Positions 28,153-39,900 are shown, counted from the stretch's first letter. The stretch: 51,782 nt of DNA from Dehalococcoidia bacterium (GCA_963579845.1 CAUZHS010000004.1:1-51782), one strand, 5' to 3'. Numbers and translations: made by a program. Notes: generated from the letters alone by a model not told the origin.

Positions 28153-29397
28153 ATGTTTGGCGTAAGAAATGCGCTGGCGCAGATGGCGGATTTTGGCTCA
28201 GGCAACGGAAAATTCCTGGGAGTGCTGACGGGCGGTCACTCTATAGTCCATTTCTACCGGGGCATCTTTCCGGTGATGTTGCCGACCATCAAGCAGTCGT
28301 TGGGTTTGAACGATGTGCAGGTCGGGGTTCTTGCATCGTCTCAACAGATGGTGGGGCTGACCCTGACGCTACCCACAGGGATAATTGCCGATACTTTGGT
28401 CCGCCGCCGGGCTGCTGTCCTGGCCGCCGCGCTCCTCTTTGGAGGTGTGGCCTACCTCCTGGTGGGGATTGCGCCCAGCTTCATCTGGATGTTGCCGGCC
28501 ACGGGCCTCATTGTTCTCGGCGGTTCGCTGTGGCACCCCACGGCCTTTGCCGCTCTTTCCGGCAGGTTTCCGGAGCGGCGTGCCACGGCGTTGGCCATGC
28601 ACGGTATGGGAGCTACCTTCAGCGACACAATCACTCCCTTGGTGGTAGGTGGGCTGCTGGTCGTTTTCCAGTGGCGTCACGTGCTCCAACTGCAAGTGGT
28701 CGTAGCGTTGCTGCTGGCGCTGGTTATCTGGCGGGCGCTGGCCAACCAGTTCCCTGACGCCCCTTCCCAGGGCGTCTCCCGCTCGCGTCTGCTGGCCGAC
28801 CTCGGCACTGTTGCGAAGAACCCCGTGTTTCTCAGCATTGCCTTGTCCAACGGCCTGCTCATGATGGGACGCATCGTTCTCCTGACCTTCCTCCCCATCT
28901 ATTTACAAGAGGACCTGGGCTACTCCCCGTTTGTGATGGGCTTCCATCTCATGCTGCTGAACGTGATGGGCATCGTATCGCAGCCTATCATCGGTGTGCT
29001 TGCCGACCGCTGGGGCCGCAAGGTGGTGCTGTTTCCGTCCCTGCTGATGATGGGGGGCATGGTTCTGTTACTGGGTGTTGCGAACCCCGGGCTCCAATTG
29101 GGGCTGCTCATCACCGCTATCGGCGTCTTTTACTACACCCTGAGCAACATCACGGCCGTGATTGTTCTGGACGTGGCGGGGCCTAACGTGCAGGGGTCGG
29201 CGACCGGGCTCTATAATCTGGCCACCCAGCTTTTGATTCTGCCCGCGCCCATCGCCGCCGGAGTGCTCATCACCGTCTACGGGATGAACTCAGTCTTCTT
29301 GCTCTCGGGGATTGTGGTGATCCTGTCAGGACTGGTGGTGCTGCCCCTGCGGCTCCATCAAGGCTCCCGCCCCTCGCCTAAATTCCTTCCCGGTTAG
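28153..29397 (+). CDS. MFS transporter (Fsr-like)
   Basis: About 12 TM segments; WHP.A, GVLADRWGRK. Confidence 0.88.
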   Translation: MFGVRNALAQMADFGSGNGKFLGVLTGGHSIVHFYRGIFPVMLPTIKQSLGLNDVQVGVLASSQQMVGLTLTLPTGIIADTLVRRRAAVLAAALLFGGVAYLLVGIAPSFIWMLPATGLIVLGGSLWHPTAFAALSGRFPERRATALAMHGMGATFSDTITPLVVGGLLVVFQWRHVLQLQVVVALLLALVIWRALANQFPDAPSQGVSRSRLLADLGTVAKNPVFLSIALSNGLLMMGRIVLLTFLPIYLQEDLGYSPFVMGFHLMLLNVMGIVSQPIIGVLADRWGRKVVLFPSLLMMGGMVLLLGVANPGLQLGLLITAIGVFYYTLSNITAVIVLDVAGPNVQGSATGLYNLATQLLILPAPIAAGVLITVYGMNSVFLLSGIVVILSGLVVLPLRLHQGSRPSPKFLPG

Positions 29398-29521
29398 GGG
29401 GGGCAACAGACTAACGTGACTGATGGTGCGACTCTTGGGGAGAGGTCGGTACCGTTCATGGAACGCTCGAAACTCCACAAGAGTTGAACGACACCCTTCC
29501 CTGTGACGAAAAGGAAAGACC

Positions 29522-30130
29522 ATGAAGAATTTGGGCATCTTGCTTTTCCCTAATTTTGAGTTGCTAGACGTCTGTGGGCCCGCCGAGATGTTCGGTGTTG
29601 TCCCAGAGCATTTCAAATTGGTCACCGTTGCGCAGCAACGGGGACTTGTAGCAAGCACTCAAGGGATTGAGGTGATGGCTCAGTACAGCACAGAGGACTG
29701 CCCAGCGTTAGATATCTTGATGGTTCCAGGAGGTATGGGAACACGGACCGAAGTGGACAATCGGACGCTTCTTTCCTGGTTGGCCGAACGCTCAGCCCAA
29801 GTGCAACTCATACTTTCGGTGTGTACCGGTGCTCTGCTCTTGGCAAAGGCGGGATTGTTGGACAACCGAAATGCGACATCCAACAAACGCGCGTGGGAGC
29901 TGACGGCCATCCACGGCCCAGACGTTCGGTGGGTGACAGAGGCGCGTTGGGTAGATGATGGCAATTTGGTGACATCATCGGGAGTCTCGGCAGGAATCGA
30001 TATGGCCCTCCATGTCATCGAGCGCTATGCAGGAGAAGCAGTGGCCGAAAAAGTCGCCAATCGAACAGAGTACAAATGGAATCGAGACCCTAATTGGGAC
30101 CCATTCGCCATGATTAATGGACTGACGTGA
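29522..30130 (+). CDS. DJ-1/PfpI family protein (InhA-like)
   Basis: FELLDVCGPAE, VPGGMG, SVCTGA, TSSGVSAGIDMAL. Confidence 0.9.
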   Translation: MKNLGILLFPNFELLDVCGPAEMFGVVPEHFKLVTVAQQRGLVASTQGIEVMAQYSTEDCPALDILMVPGGMGTRTEVDNRTLLSWLAERSAQVQLILSVCTGALLLAKAGLLDNRNATSNKRAWELTAIHGPDVRWVTEARWVDDGNLVTSSGVSAGIDMALHVIERYAGEAVAEKVANRTEYKWNRDPNWDPFAMINGLT

Positions 30131-30139
30131 GCTTTGCTG

Positions 30140-30541
30140 TTCTCGGGAGTTTTGGAAGTTCCGCTAGGGATTGATCAGTGTTCCCTCCCCACTCGAAGTC
30201 TCTGCCTTTGGAAATCACGACTCGTATGGGAACCCTCCTGGGGGAGCGGTCCTTCAGTAGGGTAGAGATGCCTTCATGAAACCTCTAGCTCTGGAAGCCC
30301 ATTGACCAATATGCAGTTATGCATCGTTTGAACAGCCCGCATAAAGGCGGTGTTCCTGCTCAAGATGTCTCATGGATTCGGCGATGATAATGCCGCGATA
30401 ACATTTCCCAAAAGCTGTGCCTACCAATGAAGTGAGCCCAACTTCCTTGAATACTGACTCAGCGGCAGATGCCCGTGCAGGCAGCGCCTCTTCGGGGGTG
30501 TCGTCAAGGTCGAAAATAATGACTGAAATACGTCCGGGCAT
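30140..30541 (-). pseudogene. Frameshifted HAD-family hydrolase remnant
   Basis: IIFDLDDT motif I, early stop at 30317, downstream fragments in other frames (EGISTLLKD, VPIRVVISKG resembling motif II). Confidence 0.55.
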
Positions 30542-30617
30542 GGTACGGGAACGCCTTATTGGTGAGATCGTGATGGAAGCGTACCAATAAGGCTAGGCCG
30601 TCGCCCCGCTGCCTGGC

Positions 30618-30893
30618 TCAGGCGCCGCCCGCGATGGCGGGCAGGAAGTGGACTTCCGTAGCGGAGACCAGCTTGTGGAGCAGCCCCTGGGTGGAGGCAT
30701 CGCCGTCAATTACCGCGGCAAGGCCAGGTATCAGGCGACTCTCGTCCTCATCGTCGATGATGCGTTCCCGCATGCCAGGATAGAGCCGCTCCAGGTTTTC
30801 GATGAGCGCGCTTAGATTGGCGGCCTCAATTTGGACTACGGCCTCCCCGCCGGTCAGCCCGCGCATAGGAGGAGGGATGAAGACCCGTGCCAT
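30618..30893 (-). CDS. MoaD/ThiS family ubiquitin-like sulfur carrier
   Basis: VFIPPPMRGLTGG, LERLYPG, C-terminal PAIAGGA. Confidence 0.85.
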   Translation of the reverse strand: MARVFIPPPMRGLTGGEAVVQIEAANLSALIENLERLYPGMRERIIDDEDESRLIPGLAAVIDGDASTQGLLHKLVSATEVHFLPAIAGGA

Positions 30894-30905
30894 GCAGCGC
30901 CGCCC

Positions 30906-33197
30906 TCAGCCGCTCTTCGTGGTCTGGGATAGGGCGTCCAGCACGCGTGAGGGTTTTATGGGGGTCTTGGGAAAGCGGATTCCCAGCGCATCATGTACGG
31001 CATTGGCGACGGCCGCCAGGGTTGGGACGATGGGCGTCTCACCTACTCCGCGCACACCGAAGGGATGGTTCGGGTTGGGCACCTCGACGATAATCGTCTC
31101 GATCTTGGGCACGTCCAGCGTCGTGGGCATACGGTAATCGAGAAGGGTGGCGTTCTCCATGGCGCCATTTTCGCTCATGTAGTATTCCTCGCTGAGCGCC
31201 CATCCGATACCCTGGACAGCCCCACCTTCCATCTGGCCCTCCACGTAGGCAGGATGGATGGCCTTGCCGGCATCCTGCACGGCGGTGTAGCGGATCACGT
31301 CCACCTTGCCGGTCTCTGCGTCCACCTCCACGTCCACGATGTGCGTGGCCAGCCCGGCGAACCCACCCTGCATGTTCGTGGTGGCGCTGGCGCTGACGGG
31401 TCCACCCGTTCGGGCTAATGCCTTGGCCACATCTTTTATCGAGAGCTTAAGCGAAGGGTCGGAGCTAGAAGAGAAATTGCCCTTTCCGGCGAGCACCTGA
31501 TCTTCGGGGATGTCCCATATCTTCGCGGCACGGACCTTGAACTCATCCAGCACCGTTTGAGCTGCGGCTGCAGCCGCAGCTCCGCTGGCGTAGGTTGTCC
31601 TGCTGCCCGCGGTGCTGTCGTTGTAGCCCACACTCTCGGTGTCCGCCACCACAGGGCGGATCGCCTCCGCGGGGAGGCCGAGGATTTCTGCCGCTTGCAT
31701 GGCGATGGAGGTGCGGGTCCCGCCGATGTCCACCGAGCCCTCGGCCAGCGAGAAGGTGCCGTCGTTATTTGCGTTGATGGTCACCGTAGAGCGGTTGCCG
31801 CCGTTGAACCAGAAGCCCATGGCCACGCCACGGCCACGCAACTTACCGTCGGGGGTCTCCTTCTGGAGCTTGCTTGCGTAGTGGGGTGACGCTTGGGCTG
31901 CCTGCAAGGTCTCGATACCGCCGATGCGGGGTAGCAGGGGGCCGTCGGCCCTGCGGTCGCCTTCCTTCGCTGCGTTGAGTAGGCGGAATTCGATGGGGTC
32001 CATGCCCAGCTTTTCGCACAATTCGTCTACCACCGATTCGGTGGCGAAGGTGGATTGCGGCGCTCCCGGTGCCCGGTAGGCAGCTGTCTTGGGCTTATTG
32101 ACCACTACGTCGTAGGCTTCAATCCGGGTGTTTGGAATGTTGTAGCACGCGAAGAGCGACATGGAACCGCCGCCCACGGAGGAACCGGGGTAGGCTCCCG
32201 CCTCGTAGCGCATGTCCGCGATTCCGGCCTGCAGCCTGCCGTGGGCGTCGCAGCCGAGCTTGACTTTAATCTTTGCGGCAGGGGCCGGTCCCGTGCCCTC
32301 GAACACTGCCTTCCGGTCCAGCGTGATCTTCACAGGCCTGGCGGACTTCTTCGATAGTATTGCGGCGATGGGCTCTAGGTAGACGCTGAGCTTGCCGCCA
32401 AATCCCCCACCGATCTCCAGGGGGACAACCTTGATGAGCGACTCGTCGATGCGGAGCACGCCGGAAGTCTGACTCCTGGCACCGAAGTGGCCCTGCATGC
32501 TAGTCCAGATAGTGATGCGTCCGTCCGGATTCCAAGTGGCCGTGGAACTCTGGGGCTCCAGGTATCCCTGATGCGCCGAGCCGACCTCTATTTCTTTTTC
32601 AACTACAACAGCGCACTGCGCCATCACCGCATCCACCTCACCAAACTCGTGCCGGAAGCTCCGCGCCAGGTTCGTGTTTGGGACTTTCTCCGACATGTGG
32701 TTCCCCACAAGGTCGGGGAGCAGTATTGGCGCTCCGGGCGCGAGGGCTTCGTCCACGTTGAGAACAGGTGTGAGCACCTCGTATTCCACGTTGATGAGCT
32801 TGGCGGCTTCCGCCGCAGTGTTTAGGTCCGTCGCCGCGACCGCCGCGACCGGGTGGCCCTTGTATAGCGCCTTGTCCCTGGCCATAATCTTGTCGCTGGT
32901 GTACAGAATGTTCACAATCTCTTCGCCGATGTCCTCCATCTTGCTCTGGGCGAAGGGCATGTCAGCGCCGGTCATCACCGCAAGCACGCCGGGAAACTTC
33001 TCGGCCTTGGAGGTGTCGATACGCTTAATCAGGGCGTGGGCGTGGGGGCTGCGCAAAACGTAGCCGTGGACGAGCCCCGGCAACTTGAAGTCGGCGCCGT
33101 AGATTGCCCGTCCGATGACCTTGTCAATGCCGTCGTGCCTGATGGGCCGAGTGCCGATCACTGTGTATTCAGCGGTCTTACCCTGTGTATCGACCAT
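30906..33197 (-). CDS. Molybdenum hydroxylase (xanthine dehydrogenase family) molybdopterin-binding large subunit
   Basis: LRSPHAHA, HQGYLEP, GGGFGGK, AYRAPGAPQ, EGQMEGG..QGIG, RGVGE. Confidence 0.93.
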   Translation of the reverse strand: MVDTQGKTAEYTVIGTRPIRHDGIDKVIGRAIYGADFKLPGLVHGYVLRSPHAHALIKRIDTSKAEKFPGVLAVMTGADMPFAQSKMEDIGEEIVNILYTSDKIMARDKALYKGHPVAAVAATDLNTAAEAAKLINVEYEVLTPVLNVDEALAPGAPILLPDLVGNHMSEKVPNTNLARSFRHEFGEVDAVMAQCAVVVEKEIEVGSAHQGYLEPQSSTATWNPDGRITIWTSMQGHFGARSQTSGVLRIDESLIKVVPLEIGGGFGGKLSVYLEPIAAILSKKSARPVKITLDRKAVFEGTGPAPAAKIKVKLGCDAHGRLQAGIADMRYEAGAYPGSSVGGGSMSLFACYNIPNTRIEAYDVVVNKPKTAAYRAPGAPQSTFATESVVDELCEKLGMDPIEFRLLNAAKEGDRRADGPLLPRIGGIETLQAAQASPHYASKLQKETPDGKLRGRGVAMGFWFNGGNRSTVTINANNDGTFSLAEGSVDIGGTRTSIAMQAAEILGLPAEAIRPVVADTESVGYNDSTAGSRTTYASGAAAAAAAQTVLDEFKVRAAKIWDIPEDQVLAGKGNFSSSSDPSLKLSIKDVAKALARTGGPVSASATTNMQGGFAGLATHIVDVEVDAETGKVDVIRYTAVQDAGKAIHPAYVEGQMEGGAVQGIGWALSEEYYMSENGAMENATLLDYRMPTTLDVPKIETIIVEVPNPNHPFGVRGVGETPIVPTLAAVANAVHDALGIRFPKTPIKPSRVLDALSQTTKSG

Positions 33198-33299
33198 GAT
33201 GGTCCCTCCGTGTGTGTGCGTTGGGTGTTCCCAGCGCTAGCCATTATATATCGGCGCACCTGTTAGGAGCAGTGACGCGAGGTACTCTTTGGGTCGCGA

Positions 33300-34361
33300 T
33301 TAGGGTTTGGGGACGAACCGCTGCACGCGCTTGCCCGTCTCCACCTCGCCGGTGTAGATATTCCCATGGGAGTCCACGGCCAGGCTGTGAACCCAGCCGA
33401 AGTATCCCGCCATCCGGCCACCGCGGCCGAAGGCACCCACAACTTCGAGGTTCTCACGTGTGAAGATCCATACCTTCTGATTGGTCCCATCCGGCACGTA
33501 GAGATAGGTCTGGTCCTGATCGGGCGAAAACTCCAAGTCCCAGATGGAGCCCATGGCCAGCGTGTTTGTGGCATTGAACGCCTCTTTCACGAACTTGCCG
33601 CTCTTCTGGAAGACCTGGATACGGTTGTTGACCCGGTCAGCCGTATAGACGAGCTCGTCGTTTCCAATTCGCACAGCGTGCATGGGGCTGCGGAAAGAAC
33701 GAATGGGTGTGCCCTCGGGGTCATAAGGGGGTAGCTCACTATCATCCGGCCGCTCCCCGTAGGCGCCCCAGTGGCGCTTGTAGGCGCCGGTCTTGGAGTC
33801 GAACACGATGATGCGCCGGTTGATGTAGCCGTCGGAGATGTACACCTCATTTGCCGCTGGATCCACGCACACGTCGGTAGGCCGGCCGAGCAGGACGGTG
33901 TCGTTGCTGTCGCCACCCTTACCTAATTGACCCAGTGTCAGCAGCCGCTCACCGCTGGGTGAGCTCTTGAAGACGACGTGGTCATCCGCCCCCATGAACG
34001 TTGTCCAGACATTGCCGTCGGAGTCAACATACATGCCGTGTTCGGTCCCGGGCCACGGTTGGGAATCGGCATGGTCTGGCCCACCCCACGCTTGTACGAC
34101 GTTGCCTTCCGGGTCGAACTCAATCACCGACGGGGCAGGCACGCAGCACTCGGAAAGCGGCGGGTCCTGCACGGCACCGGCTTCTCGTGGGGTGAGGGTA
34201 CGCGGCCGTTGGATGATCCACACATGGTCCCGCGTATCCACCGCGACGCCTGCCACAGCACCGAGAATCCAATTGTTCGGCAGGGGCTTGGGCCAGTAGG
34301 GGTCAATCTGGAAGGCTGGGACCGCGCTACTGACTCGCTCGTTCACCACCTGTTCCGTCAT
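33300..34361 (-). CDS. NHL-repeat beta-propeller protein (peptidylglycine lyase-like)
   Basis: WPKPLPNNW, VYISDGY.NRRI, ADRVNNRIQVF, VHSLAVDSHGNIYTGE. Confidence 0.85.
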   Translation of the reverse strand: MTEQVVNERVSSAVPAFQIDPYWPKPLPNNWILGAVAGVAVDTRDHVWIIQRPRTLTPREAGAVQDPPLSECCVPAPSVIEFDPEGNVVQAWGGPDHADSQPWPGTEHGMYVDSDGNVWTTFMGADDHVVFKSSPSGERLLTLGQLGKGGDSNDTVLLGRPTDVCVDPAANEVYISDGYINRRIIVFDSKTGAYKRHWGAYGERPDDSELPPYDPEGTPIRSFRSPMHAVRIGNDELVYTADRVNNRIQVFQKSGKFVKEAFNATNTLAMGSIWDLEFSPDQDQTYLYVPDGTNQKVWIFTRENLEVVGAFGRGGRMAGYFGWVHSLAVDSHGNIYTGEVETGKRVQRFVPKP

Positions 34362-35260
34362 GACGTCACCTGCTGCTGGGGCTTCTGACCGATGACCGGC
34401 GCTGGTCGGTCCAGGGTTACAATCCGGTTGCGTAACAGGCCAATCTTTTCGATTTCCACCTCTACCACGTCGCCGTGCTGCATCTGTCGGCGGATGCCGG
34501 GGAGAGAAGGCGGCGCGACGGTGCCGGTGTAGATCATGTCGCCGGGGAGCAGGGTGCAGTAATAGCTCAGGTAGTGGACGAGCTCTTTGATGTTGTTGCT
34601 CATGTCTTTGGTGGAGCCTTCAGCGGCCAATTCGCCGTTCAGGCGTATCTCAATGGCCAGGTTTGTGTACTCGTCATACTCCATGCCACAGACAATGTCG
34701 GTTGCCAGGCAGGCCCAGGTATCCATGCTTTTCGAGATCATCCGGTTGGGCTCCTGAAGGTAGCGCTGGCGTGGCCCATCTCCTTCGATTACGTTGCGCT
34801 CACCCATCCAGGTATTTTCGCTCCAGTCGTTGCCCACCGTCAGCCCGAATATGTAGCTGGGCACATCGTCCATGGAGATGAACCGCCCCTGCTTTCCGAT
34901 GATGATGACGAGCTCGCCTTCGAAGTTTAGGTTGTTGGCGCCGGGAGGATGTTCAACGTCGGCGTCATGCGCATTGAGCGACGTGGGGAATTTGTTAAAC
35001 CATCGGGGGTGGCTGATGGTCCGGGGCGCTTCGTCTTGCCGGTTGTAGTTGCCGGGCACGCCGATGACCTTGCCTGGCTTGCTTGGGTCGATGGGCACCA
35101 GCAATTTAACATCCGATACCTGCACAGTGTTTCCTGTGCGGCTGGGGTTCGCGAAGATGTCGCCGCTTAGTTCGTGAATCGTATCGCCTTCGCGAAGGCC
35201 ATAGGCGGTGGTCGAGCCGTTGGCGTAGCGGACGTATCGAGTGATGCTCTGACTGGTCAC
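34358..35260 (-). CDS. Fumarylacetoacetate hydrolase family protein
   Basis: NFEGELVIIIGK, GLTVGNDWS, TLLPGDMIYTGT, GDVVEVEIEKIG.LRN. Confidence 0.9.
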   Translation of the reverse strand: MTSQSITRYVRYANGSTTAYGLREGDTIHELSGDIFANPSRTGNTVQVSDVKLLVPIDPSKPGKVIGVPGNYNRQDEAPRTISHPRWFNKFPTSLNAHDADVEHPPGANNLNFEGELVIIIGKQGRFISMDDVPSYIFGLTVGNDWSENTWMGERNVIEGDGPRQRYLQEPNRMISKSMDTWACLATDIVCGMEYDEYTNLAIEIRLNGELAAEGSTKDMSNNIKELVHYLSYYCTLLPGDMIYTGTVAPPSLPGIRRQMQHGDVVEVEIEKIGLLRNRIVTLDRPAPVIGQKPQQQVTS

Positions 35261-35596
35261 GATGGTGCCCTCCCTTTAACTAACACAACGTGGTGTTTGC
35301 GATGGGTCTCAGTTACGATTATCAATGGGCGTGTCAACAATTAACCGCACTATATCTTTGGCCGTGGTGCAGGGCAAGCCAGATTTACGCGTCACGAGAG
35401 GGTGGCCTAGTTATTTTCATTGATAGCTATGGGGCGGCACGCGGCGGGAGGTGTGCACGTTGACCTTCGAGTAGTCCGCGTGGAGAATTCGCTCGGAACG
35501 GGCCTGGAATAGAGATGCCCAGCGTCTTTGGCTGGAATTTCTGAGGTGCCGCTGAGATGGAGGCCGTATCGATAACAAAGAACGAAGGAGGATCTG

Positions 35597-36532
35597 ATGA
35601 CCAATACGTTGAAAATTAAGCCTGTGTCGGCAAAGCCCCTCAGCGAATGGAAGTCGGTGGCTACGGAGTTGCTGGGCACGCAGACGCGCATGGTCCAGGG
35701 GAAGCGTTTTCGCCACCGCGTCATCGAGTGCGGCACCAAGGGGGAGCCACTCTTACTTATACATGGCATTGGCGGCCATGCGGAAACCTACGCTCGGAAT
35801 TTGCATAACCTGGCTAACCACGGATTTCATGTGTATGCCATCGACGCTCTGTTTCATGGCTTCTCCAGCAAGGAACCGTGGGACGACGAAGGGTGGAGAG
35901 ACATGCAGGTGGAGGGCGTCGCGGACCTCATTGAGGCCCTGGGTTATTCATGGGTCCACGTTGAGGGCGAGTCCATGGGTGGTGAGATCGCCTTCGAGCT
36001 CGGCATGCGGTATCCGCACCTCTGCGGGAAGCTAATCCTCAACACCGGAACCGGTGCGATTGACTTAAAGAAGACGGACTTCAAGGAGAACCCCGGAGGT
36101 GGCAGCGCCCTTCAGGAGCTTTCACAGCGCTCCATCCTAGAGCCCTCCTTTGAGAATATGCGGAAGCGCATGGAATGGCTGGTGGCGGACCCCAGCCGCA
36201 TGACTGATGAGATGGTGGATATCAGGGTGCAGCTCTACGCCTTTCCAGAGGTATACGAATCCATCAAACGGGTATACGGCATTGACCGGGAGCAGGGTGG
36301 TTGGCAGTTCAAGCCAAAGTGGCAGGAGAAAGACCTGCTGGACTTCAAACCGCCTGCGCTGGTGTTCTGGACAGAGGACAATCCTGGCGAAGGCCCAGAT
36401 TTTGGCGAGTACATTTCCAATCTCATTCCAGGTGCGAAGTTCTACAATATGGAGGATGCCGCCCACTGGCCGCAATGGGAGAAGCCAGAGGAACATGACC
36501 AGGTGCTTATAGACTTTATCCAGGGTGGATAA
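35597..36532 (+). CDS. Alpha/beta hydrolase (meta-cleavage hydrolase-like)
   Basis: LIHGIGGHAE, GESMGG, AAHWPQWEKPEE. Confidence 0.85.
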   Translation: MTNTLKIKPVSAKPLSEWKSVATELLGTQTRMVQGKRFRHRVIECGTKGEPLLLIHGIGGHAETYARNLHNLANHGFHVYAIDALFHGFSSKEPWDDEGWRDMQVEGVADLIEALGYSWVHVEGESMGGEIAFELGMRYPHLCGKLILNTGTGAIDLKKTDFKENPGGGSALQELSQRSILEPSFENMRKRMEWLVADPSRMTDEMVDIRVQLYAFPEVYESIKRVYGIDREQGGWQFKPKWQEKDLLDFKPPALVFWTEDNPGEGPDFGEYISNLIPGAKFYNMEDAAHWPQWEKPEEHDQVLIDFIQGG

Positions 36533-36555
36533 GACCCTAGTGCTCGGGTCTTTTG
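36531..36555 (+). terminator. Intrinsic terminator
   Basis: aagaccc-tagtgctc-gggtctt-ttg. Confidence 0.55.
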
Positions 36556-36900
36556 AGCAATGTCTTGTCTATGGAGCACCACGTCCAGATGGTGCCTTCT
36601 TTGTTCTACGGCGAGTGAATGATGGCTGCCAGGATGGCGGCGGGAAGCGAGAGGTCTGGATCGATGAGTTTCAAAGCCTGGCTCCTGAAGGGGCCGAGTA
36701 GCAAACCGTTGACTGAGTTGCGAGAAACCGCGGCAAAAGTACTGTGTTTTGCTATCTAAGTCGAGACTGCTGCTTAGTTAGGCCGCAATCGGAGGCCGCT
36801 TGAATGGTGGCTCGTCGGGTATCACCTGGTGCTCGCGGAGCAGGGTTGGTGGATCCCTGCCACAGGTTGGCTGGTTGGCAATGCTGACGGTGGACGAGCA

Positions 36901-39900
36901 ATGTACATGGGAAGTTTTCAATTCATCCGGTGGTTGAGCGTTCGCCGAGTCCGAAGGTCTTGGCGGCTTATGCTCGCTTCTTGGCTGGGTGTTATGCTCG
37001 CGGTGAGCGTTGTGGCGGCGGCCGTGGTCTATTCGGACGCCATGTCCAACCTGGGCCTGCGCCATGTCTTGAGCGCCACGCCCCCGCAATTTCTCGATGT
37101 GCAATTGGTGGTGAACGACCGGCCCACAGGGCTTGCCGATTTTCAACGGCTCGGAAGCAAGGTGGAGCGGAGCATCGAGGCTCACGTGGGCGCTCTCAAT
37201 GAGGGGACTCACCGGCTGGGCCAGGTCCAACCCCTGCCGTTGAGAGTTTTATCTGACGAGGAGATTCGCGGCCCCCGGAGCGCTTACATCTATTTCCAGG
37301 AGGGGTTCGAAGACCACGTGCGCCTCGTCTCGGGCCGCATGCCGCAGGACGTGAGCGTGCAACCAGACGGTGCGCCACGACCGCTGGAGGCATTGATTGG
37401 AGCCGACCTGTCGGTGCTGATGCGTTGGCGAGAGGGAACGGTGCTTGCATTGGTCCCCTTTGCTGACGACCCGACGGAACAAATCGTCCTCAACGTCGTG
37501 GGCGTGGTGGAGGCGATAGATTCCTCACACCGGTTTTGGGGTGGTGGGTTCCCGCGGCTGGACATAGAAGACTTTCAGAGCGAGGCGGACTTGGCCCCTG
37601 TCTTTGTGCGACAGGAAGACTTTTTCAGCGGCTTGGGTGAGCGCTTCCCCTCGCTGCTCGGCAACTTTTGGTGGTTCGTTCCCTTAGATGTGGAGGCCGT
37701 CACGTTGGAGCGAGCTTTCGAGGTAGAGCAGTCGCTTGTTGAGATGGAAGCAGAGGTAAGCCGTCTTTTTCCTCGTTCGGCGCTTTTTCAGGGGCTTGGC
37801 AGGATATTGAACCGGTATGACGAGGAACTTGCCCTTGCTCGGATACCGGTGTTCCTGTTCAGCTCTTTGGTGGTCGGCGTGGTGTTCTATTACCTGGCTA
37901 TGGTCTCGTGGATGCTTGCTCATAATCGCGGACCGGAGGCTGCGTTGCTCAGGAGCCGCGGGGCCGGCCGCTTGCAGATTAGCGCCTTGCTGGGAGTAGG
38001 GGATGGCCTGGTGCTCACCATCCCCGCCGTGGTGGTGGGACCACTGCTAGCGTTGATGGCCTATCGGCTCATGCCCATCGATACGCCTGGGTTTGCGAAT
38101 GACGCTTCCGGGCTGTCGCTGCGGCTTCTGGTGGCCGTGGGGATAACGGGCTTCGCATCCCTTCTGCTCTTTACCCTGAGCGGGGTTAGTCTGGCGGGAC
38201 GGAGCATTGTCGAATTCCTGGGTGAGAAGGCTCGTCCGTCGGGCAAGGCCGCGTTGTACCGTTACGCCATCGACGTGCTGGTCCTGGGAGGAATTGGCCT
38301 TATTTGGTGGCAGATCCGAGGGCGTGGAGGTTTCCTGTCCAGGGAACTCGGGAGCGACGATCTGGATATCGACCTAACGGTGTTACTGGGTCCGGCGCTG
38401 TTGATGTTGGGCGCGAGCCTGGTACTGTTGCGTGTGCTGCCCTGGGTGCTCCGTTTGGCGGCGTTCGTGGCAAGCTTTTCGAGGTGGGTGTGGCTAAGCC
38501 ATGGGTTGGACCGCGTCGCGCGTGATCCGCTTCCCTCTGGTGCGATGGCCGTCCTGCTGATGCTGGTCACCGGCCTAGGGACCTTCGGCGCTCTTTTCGG
38601 GCCGACGTTGATCAGTGGGCAAGGCGACCAGGTGCGTTACGCCATAGGAGGCGAGGTGGTGGTCTCGTCGCCTGTGAGCTTTCAGGCTGAGCCGGTTGCA
38701 AAGCGCCAACGGGCACTGGAATCGGTGGAGGGAGTGGAAGCCGTGACTCCCATCTACAACGAGGTGGTGCGCGTAACGACTGAGGATGCGGCGCGTTTCA
38801 ACGCGTCGCTCACCGCCGTCGACCCTGGTGCCTTCTCCCAAGCAGCCTGGTTCCGGAAAGACTTTGCGGATGAGGACCTCTCCTCATTGCTCCGTCCGTT
38901 GCAGGTGCCGCTCGAAACCCGGCATGGTGTGCCATTGCCGGAAGGGACTGAGGCGATAGGGCTCTGGCTGAGTCCACAGGGCCTAACGGGCGGAGATATT
39001 CTCTGGGCAAGGTTTCGGGACAGCGCGGGTCTTTACGATAGTCTGCAACTGGGACGAGTAGCCCAGAACGAGTGGACGTATATAGAGGCTACACTGCTGC
39101 AGCGAGCGCACCTCACCCCGCCCCTCAGTCTGGTCTCGGTCTACCTGAGTGCTCAGTCTTTGAGGGGTCCCGGCGGCTGGATAGCCCTGGATGAGGTTAC
39201 TGCTATCGTGGGCCAGGAACGGATATTACTGGAGGGGTTTGAGAGTGGCGGCGGGTGGGAGGTCATCCCTACTGGATCGGGTGCCTCGGATGACTTTATC
39301 CTGAGTGCAAGTGCGGCCCATACGGGGGAGAGCGGGGCGCTTTTCTCATGGCCTCCTGGCTTAGGCGGTACGGGTTCGCGTGGTATGTTCATCTCGCCCA
39401 TCTCCCTGCCGATTCCGGCCCTGGGGAGTGAGGTCTTCTCACCTGGACAGCAGATCAAGGCCAGACTCGACTCCGTGGTCATCCCTTTCGCGATAAAAGA
39501 GGTGGTTAAAGACCTGCCCACTTCCAACCAAGGACTAAGCGCTTTTCTGCTGGTCGATGCGGGTACGCTGATTACCTATGTCAAAACATTGCAGCAGTCG
39601 TCCGGATTGGCCCCCGAGGCCTATTGGCTAGCCTTAGGTGAAGGGGCGGACCGCGAAGTGGTTGTGGATGCGTTGCGGGGGCTCGACGGCTCCACGACCC
39701 AGGTCCAAGATAGGGAAGCGCAGGTGCGGGAGGAGCAGGATAATCCGCTGGCCGGCCAAGCCTGGAGCGGCCTGACCACGCTGTATTTGGGTGCTCTTAC
39801 TGGCGTGGCGGTCTTTGGGTTTGTTCTCTATGCGTCCTTGGCGTTTCGACGTCACCGGCAGGAACTGGGCTTGCTCCGCGTTTTGGGTATGACAGGTCGC

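Noticed and set aside
30906..33197. Aerobic CO dehydrogenase CoxL
   Set aside because: Active-site loop is AYRAPG, not AYxCSFR (form I) or AYRGAGR (form II)
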